The translations under genes and the position numbers were made by a program. 64,000 bases of DNA from Bacteroidota bacterium (GTDB taxonomy: Bacteria > Bacteroidota > Bacteroidia > 2-12-FULL-35-15). The notes below the pieces were generated by a model. It worked only from the letters and a program-made list of their open reading frames with translations. It was not told the DNA's origin and did no database searches. Location of the stretch: NCBI GenBank assembly GCA_023251835.1, contig JAHEXZ010000017.1, positions 2,270-66,269 on the forward strand. The letters run 5' to 3'. Shown here in pieces: positions 34,001-39,800 of the stretch (the first letter of the stretch is position 1; each line of letters opens with the position of its first letter).

Positions 34001-36002
34001 TTGTAGAACCACTTCCCGAAGTAGCTCCTGTAGCACCAACCTGATTAGCAGTCCAGTTAAAAATAGTTCCTGCAACATTGCTTGTTAATATAATTGATGT
34101 TGCATCCCCGGAGCAGACCGTTTGTGTAGCTGGCATAGCAGTGGCAACCGGCAGAGGATTTACGGTAACAGTAGCAGTGATTGGTGTTCCCGTACAATTT
34201 ACTGTAGAAGGAGTAATTGTATACACGGCAGTTCCAGACGTACTTCCTGTAGTTGCAAGGGTTTGTGAAATCGAAGAACCAGAACCCGGTGCACCTCCTG
34301 TCACACCACTTTGATTTATTGACCAGTTAAAGGAGGCTGTTGATACATTGCTTGACAAGGCTATTGATGTTATACCCCCCGAACAGATTATCTGAGTGGA
34401 CGGTGTAGCCGTTGCATTTGGAACAGGGTTAACAACAATTGTTACAGTTATTGGACTACCCACACAACCGCCTGCTGTTGGAGTAACAGTGTACACAGCA
34501 GTTCCTGTAGTACTACCTGTGGTAGACAATGTCTGTGATATGGTAGAACCATTTCCAGGGGAAGCACCTGATACTCCGGATTGTGAAACTGTCCAGCTAT
34601 AGGTAGTACCACCGATAGAACTGCTTAATGCAACAGAAGTAGTATTTCCGGAACATATTGATTGAGTGGAAGGAGAAGCTGTTGCAACAGGAGCAGAATT
34701 AACATTAACTGTAACTTGAGCACAACCAGTTGTATTGCAGGTTCCGGATGCTAAAACATAATAAGTAGTTGAGGAGGAAGGAGATACCGTAATTGAGTTA
34801 CCTGTTCCAATGAATGTTCCAGCACAAGCTCCGGAATACCAGAGGTAAGAAGCTCCAATACCTAAGGAGCCACCATTTTGTGTAAGGGTAACGGAACCAC
34901 CGCAACTGGGGTTAGGACTTGCAGTAATAGAGCTTGGAGCAGTTGATGAAGCACCGGCAATTACAGTAACTGAGGCACATGCCGTAGTATTACAAGCACC
35001 TTCAGCTCTTACAAAATAAGCAGTAGTACCACTTGGCGTGACGCTAATGGAAGATCCGGAACCAACATAAGTTCCTCCACAACTTCCGGAATACCATTTC
35101 CAAGAAGCACCTGTTCCTAATGAACCACCGGAAACGCTTAATACAGTGGAACCACCACCGCAAACGGGGTTAGGGCTGGCACTGGCAGAAGAAGGAGCAG
35201 TAGATGATGAATTAACGGTAACTGTAACTGAAGCACAACCGGTAGTATTACAATTTCCTTCAGCTCTTACATAGTATGTTGTAGTTGAGCCAGGTGATAC
35301 GTTGATAGAGGAGCCACTTCCAACATAAGAACCACCACAGCCTCCTGTGTACCATTTCCACGATGCACCGGTACCAAGTGAGCCACCATTTACATTTAAT
35401 GTTGTAGAGCCACCACAGGTTGTAATCGGGCTAGCGCTTGCTGAAGAAGGGGCTGCAGACTGAACGCATACAGGAGCATAAGTGAATGTAATTGTAGCAC
35501 TAGATACACATACTGCCTGGTAGCTGTCACCACCGCTAACAGTTATTTGTAAACAATTGCTTCCACCATAACTATAGCCAGAAATAGGGCCAGACAAACA
35601 GTATGTCTGTGGCCAGCAATTCCCACACCAACAGTCACCTATAGGGGGCAAACATTGAATAGTTGTTCCATCTATTGATGTGCATAAAGTTCCGTAACCG
35701 CAATCAGCTTTATAAACTGTTACACATGTACTGGTAATTACGTTTCCCGGGGGTATTGGATCTGTAAAACATTTAATGCCATTGTTCCAATCTCCACTTC
35801 CAGACCACGGTGGATTACAGGCATAAGAAGCACCACCACAAATAGTACACCAACCAGTTGACCAATATACTGTTGTTGAGACGGATTGGGCATTTCCTTT
35901 ATGCGACAATAAAAAAGCAAATACAAAAAAAACACATAAAAATACGTTCTTACGCAGAGTCTGGTAAAAAAGGCTGATTGGTCTATTAGTAGTTATACCC
36001 AT
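22074..36002 (-). CDS. giant cell-surface repeat protein (about 4640 aa) with T9SS type B C-terminal domain
   Basis: One uninterrupted ORF. The track starts it at TTG 36035, but ATG 36002 (MGITTNRPI...) is more likely. It has a signal, a 14-Cys head, 3 WKWY units, 29 A units, 8 B modules, an SprB-like repeat, a PKD domain, and the CTD FTPNGDGENDIF...FNRWGEK...DGTYYYIIKA. Confidence 0.9.
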   Translation of the reverse strand: MGITTNRPISLFYQTLRKNVFLCVFFVFAFLLSHKGNAQSVSTTVYWSTGWCTICGGASYACNPPWSGSGDWNNGIKCFTDPIPPGNVITSTCVTVYKADCGYGTLCTSIDGTTIQCLPPIGDCWCGNCWPQTYCLSGPISGYSYGGSNCLQITVSGGDSYQAVCVSSATITFTYAPVCVQSAAPSSASASPITTCGGSTTLNVNGGSLGTGASWKWYTGGCGGSYVGSGSSINVSPGSTTTYYVRAEGNCNTTGCASVTVTVNSSSTAPSSASASPNPVCGGGSTVLSVSGGSLGTGASWKWYSGSCGGTYVGSGSSISVTPSGTTAYFVRAEGACNTTACASVTVIAGASSTAPSSITASPNPSCGGSVTLTQNGGSLGIGASYLWYSGACAGTFIGTGNSITVSPSSSTTYYVLASGTCNTTGCAQVTVNVNSAPVATASPSTQSICSGNTTSVALSSSIGGTTYSWTVSQSGVSGASPGNGSTISQTLSTTGSTTGTAVYTVTPTAGGCVGSPITVTIVVNPVPNATATPSTQIICSGGITSIALSSNVSTASFNWSINQSGVTGGAPGSGSSISQTLATTGSTSGTAVYTITPSTVNCTGTPITATVTVNPLPVATAMPATQTVCSGDATSIILTSNVAGTIFNWTANQVGATGATSGSGSTIAQSLSATGTSSGTVTYTITPSVGSCIGSSIQVTITVNPKPTATATPSSQSLCSGSTTSISLSSNLPGTTFAWTVAQTGVTGGSPGNGSSIVQPLSTTGSSIGTAVYTVTPTVSGTGCVGVPITVPVTVNPIPTASAVPPSQTICSGNITGIALTSNVVGASFSWTISQSNVTGGSASSGTSITETLSTTGSTSGVAVYTVTPTASGCIGSPIIVNIQVDRVPVATATPSVQTICSGDATSIALTSNIPGTTFAWTINQTGASGATAGNGTAITQILSATGITAGTVTYTVVPTYGNCPGQPITVTITVNPRPTVIATPNAQSICSGSSTAIALSSNISGTTFTWTINQTGVTGASAGSGSNIAQTLTLTGPTVGSVIYSITPSSTNGCVGAPENVVVTVNKQDNPAFNYASSTYCQTEPNPTPTITGLAGGTFTAAPAGLVFVNVNSGKINLSASTVGTYAITYTTNGPCPATSTVNVTIVTLPDAAFGYTPVPVCQYDTNRAPVFPVGASAGIFSATPSGLVFVNPATGVIDLTLSTPGTYTVKNTIAPGACPGDVDSVSIVINTAPVATATPASQTLCSGSTTGINLTSSIPATTFVWTVNPTGVSGASNGNGTSIAQTLSTTGNVTGNVIYTIIPTAPSGCSGQPITVTVTVNPIPSITATPTVQTICSGSTANITLTSNVAGVLFTWTIADTNVSGGSAGSGLTIAQTLTTTSPAPGSIAYTITPSANGCSGTTLVDSVYVNPVPIATATPAAPTICSGDTTSINLTSDVSGTAFAWTFNQTNVSGASDGNGSSITQTLTATNTVPGIVVYTITPAVYGCSGTSIVATVTVNPRPVVTATPPSESLCSFGTTSIALTSNVPGTTYAWTVAESGVTGGSNSNGSNIYQTLSTTGTTSGTAIYTITPTAAGCTGTPVNDTVTVYPVPVATATPVSQTFCSGGVTSIALTSNVIGTTFTWSVVPSGVSGANPGSGYSITDTISATGIIDGTAAYTITPNAAGGCSGTPISVTITVKPRPVVTPVPNPLTICSGDTTLISLVSNIPGTTFIWAINQIGAAGAFASSGNTIAQTLTASGTTPGSVVYTVTPTFNSCPGTPVSDTVTVNPRPVVTATPPSPNICSEDTTAIVLSSNVAGTTFSWYVLQTNVSGAIANGGNTISQVLTNTSTNHTSGTAVYTITPLASGCNGTPINVTVTVKPSDDATYAYTSGTYCQTAPNPTPTITGLPGGVFSSTPAGLTLNPTTGTITNSTSALGSYTLSYTTNGQCPVTNSMTMTISIAPSAVFSYPATSYCQQGTNPVPVFGVGASAGIFTASPSGMAFVHVNTGEIDLSQSQPGTYTVTNTIPPGGTCAAELASFTVTIDSAPTVTANALTQSLCSGDTTSFNLTSTMPGTIYTWTVVQNGVSGGSDGNGTSIDQVLATTSNSPGTAVYIITPYAGGCTGLPITITVTVNPIPSATAVPSAQIICSGNSPLVVLTSTVSGTNFNWTATQTGVTGANSGSGQLISEPLTATDTLAGTVVYTITPVAAGCSGTPVSVTITVNPAAVATATPTAQTICSGDSTSIVLTSNVTGTTFSWTAAQSGASGAAPGNGSVISQILSATFGSTPGTVTYTITPFANGCSGAPITVVITVTPRPVVTINPSAQTICSGDATSIALSSNISGTTYSWTVAQNGVAGAIAGTGQNIVQSLTTTDSLPGTAVYTITPTAGGCPGNSATVTVTVNPRPVITATPNVQTICSGNSTSIALSSNVSGTIFSWTVSQNNVTGATPGSGTSISQTLSATVPGTALYIINPVAGGCSGSPISVPVTVKPTLVATALPSNKTICSGDSVTILLTSNIAGTTYSWTVSQNGASGASNGSGDTIAHTLIATGSTVGTVVYTVTPASGTCSGTPITVSITVNPLPDITATPPAQTFCSGATSSIALSSTVLGTTYAWTVVETDVTGASPGSGGNIVQTITTTGTIPGTAVYTITPSANGCSGTPINVTATVNLLDDASFAYTSATYCQDGADPTPTITGLPGGTFASTTPPFSLMVNPSTGAIDLSASALGTYTLSYTTNGTCPNTASINMTIANTNPSASFSYLGSPFCQYGTNPTPIYGAGATPGIYSATPAGLEFVMVNTGEIDLMNSAPGTYTITNTIPASGSCGGAVATYSITIDAAPVVTATPPLATICAGGSTGIVLTSSLPATTYAWTVNATNVSGTSSGTGDTIAQTLYTTGLSSGTAIYTIIATSGNCPGQPIDVPITVNPCPIGTSIPSTQAICSGNSTSISLSSNIIGTTFSWTATATGVTGASNGIGDAIAQTLTTTGNSVGTVTYLVSLSANGCDGIPIPVTVTVNPLPTVTASPVSQTICTGDSAFIVLTSNVPGTTYAWIASQLGVTGASDGNGDTIMHILSASGSVSGTVTYTVTPTAQGGCPGLPTTATVTVNPAPTLTATPTTQVICSGESSNVVLYSNINSSTFAWTVTQTDVTGATNDSGSIINQTIIATDSIQGKAVYTVTATDTTTGCPGTSIDVIILVNPSPTIKATPSSQIICTGSTTGITLSSDVAGTSFSWIVNQIGVTGATPGSGTSIAQTLAVSGTTSGTAEYIITPVGGTCLGDTIHVLITVNLMDSTQFSYSSPVFCQTGVDPMAVVTGLPGGTFSASSGLVLLDSLTGLLDLSASQVGLHTVQYKTNGSCSDSSVVYVTIIPAPGAGFTYPDTSFCQSGTNPLPVLDSGAVAGVFSATPSGLVFADSTTGEINLAASTIGTYVITNTLVPNGGCGSLIDSTTITIVPLIAMATPSSQSICSGNSTSIALSSSLSGTSYSWTVTQTGTTGASAGSDSVINQTLTLQGALPGSATYIITPSTGACTGDTISVNITVNPPPIAIAIPSSQTICSGGTALINFASNIPGSIYSWTVSQSGVSGASAAIDTVISQTLSVTGIDTGMVIYTIIPSSNGCPGAPITALVSVTPSGDASFVYSSATYCQSGTNQTPSITGMTGGVFTFSPGGLSIDSLTGTINPSVSTLGVYTVTYTVSNGSCVSSSSITMTIGNTNPAAIYSYSSPSYCQNGANPLPIFPLGASAGIFSASSSGLVFVHENTGEIDLAASTPGTYTITNYIPASGSCLSATWTSTVTVTLADDASFAYTSATYCTSGDNPTPSITGLPGGLFTSIPTGLVIDSLTGTIDLSASNTGVYTVSYTTDGNCPATSSIVMTITDTTPSTNFNYTGSPFCLNGINPIPVYDTGASAGIYSATPPGLVFAHVNTGEIDLAASSPGTYIVTNYIPVSGSCLSSSSTDTIIINSSDDASFNYSSATYCQSGTNPTPSVTGVGGGSFSSSPSGLVINDSTGTITLSTSQLGTYTVTYTTNSICQNSNSIVVTITDTIPVSDFSYPASPFCQNGNNPSPTYSSGGSAGIFSSAPSGLVFVNVNTGEINLALSEPGTYTITNTIPASGNCFSDSATSTVTITPSDDASFVYTSATYCQSGSDPTPIITGISGGVFSAVPLGLAIDSATGTIDLSASNIGVYTLYYTVNGTCTGSGSITMTITDTTPLAGFTYSSSSFCQGGNNPYVIFAPGASAGLFSSTPSGLVFEHVNTGEIDISASAPGTYIVTNNIPASGGCLAASASTIIIINGVPVITATPASQTICTGDTTSVNLSSSMAGTIYSWTVNQTGVSGATAGTGSTISQILTTSGINQGIATYIVTSNVNGCEGNPITVPVTVIPLPTVGTITVTIVPANCADSAGAILGLAVPQGQSPLTFVWQNILGDTVSLVGPELSNAVPGSYSLTITDTNGCSSIAGPYVINSTSGVISAFSVDPVTGQSPLTINLTNGSTNATHYLWQFGMTDTSTATNPIYVVIPPGEFQICLIAYNSFSCTDTTCTTIEVEQNSSFVVPNVFTPNGDGENDIFMVKGVSLRTLDAEIFNRWGEKLFEWHTTNGGWDGRTASGGIASDGTYYYIIKAKGKDGKEYFEKGSFSLIREGK
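23140..25125 (-). repeat. array of four consecutive B modules (B5-B8)
   Basis: Modules start at GDASFVYSSATYCQ, DDASFAYTSATYCT, DDASFNYSSATYCQ and DDASFVYTSATYCQ. Spacing is about 166 aa. Confidence 0.8.
27512..34694 (-). repeat. three tandem ~2.4-kb super-repeats, each seven A units plus one B module
   Basis: B modules begin at aa ~1082, ~1881 and ~2675, a period of about 795-800 aa. Seven Q-x-(I/L/F/V)-C-S-G-initiated A units sit between them. Confidence 0.8.
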
Positions 36003-36036
36003 ATTTTTTAATGCGCCTAAAAAACAATAATACAAT

Positions 36037-36096
36037 TATACTTCGACTAAATGACCCCGATAGCTATCGGGGCTGCAAACTCATTCGCTCAGTATA
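36037..36096 (+). repeat. dispersed hairpin repeat, module-1 copy with GC palindrome in the loop
   Basis: tatacttcgactaaatga-ccccgatagctatcgggg-ctgcaaactcattcgctcagtata. It lies between the small partner gene and the giant gene. Confidence 0.8.
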
Positions 36097-36108
36097 TTTT
36101 AATACAAC

Positions 36109-36555
36109 TTACTTTTTTACCTCAAGTACTTCAAACCGATAAATAGCATATAATCTGTAGTCAGATAATTTATCAAGATAATCTTTAAGTTTAATAACAC
36201 ATTCAATGTATTCATCAGATGAACAATTGCCTTTGATTTCTTTATTGGGGTCAATGTTTAAAAACTTTTTTGCCGTGGAATTGTCTTTCTTAATCCATGT
36301 ATTTCCCTGGGTAAGAATTGCATCATACCATTTAATAGTTACAGGGTATTTGTTGTTGTTTGTAAATTTAACAATAATAACTTCTTCGCCATCACTGCAT
36401 AAACTTTTTTGAAAAGAGGCATCTATACCATTGACACTGCTATGGCCAGCAACATCAAGTTTAACAGGTTCCCAAGCATTACTATTCTGTGCGAAAGCCG
36501 GGTAACAGGATGAAAGAAAGAATAAAAAGAAAAGGGAATGTAATTTTTTTTCCAT
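36109..36555 (-). CDS. small secreted (possibly lipo-)protein of unknown family, partner 2 (paralog of 21388..21828)
   Basis: ATG at 36555 (MEKKLHSLFFLFFLSSCYPAFAQ, with LSSC as a possible lipobox). It sits directly upstream of the 4.6-kaa gene and is a paralog of 21388..21828. Confidence 0.75.
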   Translation of the reverse strand: MEKKLHSLFFLFFLSSCYPAFAQNSNAWEPVKLDVAGHSSVNGIDASFQKSLCSDGEEVIIVKFTNNNKYPVTIKWYDAILTQGNTWIKKDNSTAKKFLNIDPNKEIKGNCSSDEYIECVIKLKDYLDKLSDYRLYAIYRFEVLEVKK

Positions 36556-36841
36556 GAATTTTAATTTTAGCAAATACCACTTTATTCTAACTTTCCAAAA
36601 TATACTTGTCGCATTTTTAACTACACCAACAGAACCTTAACGAAAAAATCTCCTAACAGTTTCAAATGAAGTTGTGATAAAATTATTGAATTCTTATTTC
36701 AAAAGCAAGGATAATCAAAAAAAAACAATCTATTAATGCTAAATATATATATAAGGTTTGAGTTTTGAACTAAGAATGAAATTCAAACAAATCATTTTAT
36801 CAGCATTGATAACTAAAATTATAAAAAGGTTGCATTAAGTA

Positions 36842-39800
36842 TTACTTTGCACGAATCAATATAAAAGTGCCTTTTTCAAAATATTCCTTTCCATCTATCC
36901 CTGAAGCTTTAATTATATAATAATATGATCCATCAGAAGCATTAATACCGGCAGAAGTACGGCCACTCCATCCACCATTAACAGTATGCCATTCAAATAT
37001 TTTTTCACCCCAACGGTTGTATATTTCTGCATCCATTTTTACAAGTCCAACACCTTGCACAGTAAATATATCATTGATGTTATCATCATTTGGAGTAAAT
37101 ACATTCGGAATAACAAATACAGAATTAAGGAAAACATCAACTGTGTCGCAAATACTATCTATACATCCGGTTGGGCTAATTGCTGTCAGGCAAACAGTAG
37201 ACTGTCCGAGCGGTAAATAGGTATATACAGGGTTAATCAGATTTGATGTATCGCCAGTACCGAAATCCCAAAGATAGTTTGATGCACCAATACTTGTATT
37301 CGTAAAATTAATTGTAAACGGTGTTTGACCAATTAATGTATCGGCAGTATATTGTGCAATAACGGGAGGTGTGGCAATTATAGAGAATGAAGCGGCAGTA
37401 ATGGTACAACCATTTGTATCAGTAACTGTTAATGTGTATATTCCAGGAGGAACACTATCCAAATCAACATTATTTTCTACAACAGTTCCTAATGTATCTG
37501 TCCAAACATATTGAAAAGGAGGTTGTCCTGTTATCATTGTTATACCAGAAATACCACCTGTAGGATTCCCACAGTTGGCAAGTGTTGTAACTGCGGATGA
37601 TATATTGGCAACAGGCAAAAAGTTAACATATACAATAACGTCAATGGGTGCCCCTGCACAACCGCCAGCAGTTGAAGTAACTGTATATACTGCTGTTCCA
37701 GGAATATTTCCCGTAAGGTTTAGAGTTTGTGTAATAGAAGGCCCTGTGCCTGCAGAAGCTCCAGATACACCCGTTTCAACAACTGTCCAGAAACAGTTTG
37801 TCCCCCCCATGGAACTACTTAGCGTAATAGAAGTGGATCCTCCTATACATATAGTTTGAGGAGAAGGCGTGGCAGTAATAACAGGAGCGGGATTAATAAT
37901 AACTACAGCTGTTCCGGTTGCTGAATCACAAGAGCCACTTGCAGGAATGGTATTAATTACGTTATAGGTACCGGCAGCACTGGCTGTTAAATCAATTTCA
38001 CCGGTATTTACATTTACAAATACCAAACCGGCAGGGGTGGCAGAAAAAATTCCGGCACTTGAACCCGGAACAAAAGCAGGTAAAGGGTTTGGTGCACCCT
38101 GACAATAAGGGTCATCAATATAGCTGAAAAATGCAGAAGGTGTAGTATCTGCTATTGTCATCATTATAGAACTTGAGTTAGGACAAGCACCATTTGTTGT
38201 ATATGTGAGGGTGTATGTTCCCAGGGCACTTGTAAATAAATTGATTGTACCAGTTGAGGGGTTAATTGACAGCCCAACAGGAGAGGAAGAAAAGGTTCCC
38301 CCAGGCAGGCCGGTTATTACAGGTGTGGGGTTCGTTCCGGAAGTACAATATGTTGCAGAAGAGTAGGTAAAAGAGGCATCATCGCTCGCAGATACTGTGA
38401 TGGTAGTTGTAGCGCTTACCGCATTACAAGAACCACTTACAGGTATAGTATTGGTGACGGTATAAGTACCAGGAGTACTGGCAGCCAAATCAATTTCTCC
38501 GGTATTAACATGCACAAACACTAAACCTGAAGGAGTGACGGAGAAAATACCTGCACTTGCACCAGTAGCAAAAACAGGAAAAACACTACCAACCTGGCAA
38601 AAAGAGGCAGTTGAATAAGTGAAAGTAGCAGCAGGGTTAGCATTAATGATAGTCATTGTAATGGAACTGGCATTGGGACAGCTTCCATTTGTTGTGTATG
38701 AGAGCGTATAGGTTCCCAAATTACTGACAGATAAATTAATAGTTCCTGTAGAAGGATTAATTGATAACCCGGGAGGAATTGCTGAAAAAACACCACCGCT
38801 TAAACCAGTAATTGAAGGTGTTGGATTTATTCCGGAAGTACAATATGTTGCAGAAGAGTAGACAAAGGATGCGTCATCCGGTGCATTTATGGTAACTGTA
38901 TCTATAGCACTTATAGCATTGCAGGTACCACTTTGAGGAATTGTATTTGTAACAATATAGGTACCAGGAGCACTTGCAGAAAGGTCTACCTCACCAGTAT
39001 TTACATGCGCAAATATCAGCCCAACAGGAGTGGCTGAAAAAATACCTGCACTTGCACCAAAGGCAAAAGTTGGGAAAGGACTTGTTGTATTTTGACAGAA
39101 AGGTGAACCAGCATAGCTGAAAGTTGCAGAAGGGTTTGCATCAATGATTGTCATTGTTATTGAGCTGGCGTTTGGACAAACACCATTTGTTGTGTATGAC
39201 AATGTATATATACCTAACGCACTTGCAGACAAATTGATTTCGCCTGTTGAAGGGTTGATTGATAATCCGTTAGGAATTGCAGAAAATGTGCCACCAGATA
39301 AACCGGTAATTGCAGGTGTTGGGTTATTTCCAGACTGGCAATAGGTTGCAGATGTATATACAAAAGAGGCATCATCAGCAGAAATTATAATAACAGTTGT
39401 TGATGCACTTATTGCATTACATGTTCCACTGGAAGGGATAGAATTGGTAACTGTATAGGTACCAGGAGCAGAGGAAGATAAATCTATTTCACCTGTATTC
39501 AAATTGGAAAACACTAACCCCACAGGAATTGCAGAAAAAATACCTGCACTTGCACCGGGAGCGTAAACAGGAAGGAGATTACTTCCATTTTGACAAAAGG
39601 CAGGAGAAGTATAACTAAACATAGCTGATGGTGTGGTATTAGTAATTGTCATCGTTATAGAACTTATACCCGGACATGAGCCGCTTGTTGTATAAGTAAG
39701 CGTATAGCTACCTAAAGCACTATTCGCAAGATCAATAGTACCTGTGGAAGGATTTAGTGCCAATCCTATGGGAGTGGAAGAAAAAATTCCTCCAGGCACT

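Noticed and set aside
36003-36035. TTG start at 36035 for the giant gene. Similar non-ATG starts were used by the ORF track at 7562, 14619, 36573, 54563 and 57883.
   Set aside because: In each case an ATG a few codons downstream gives a standard signal peptide. In two cases a TAnnTTTG box lies inside the extension. The exception that I kept is the ABC-F gene, where TTG aligns with the conserved N-terminus.
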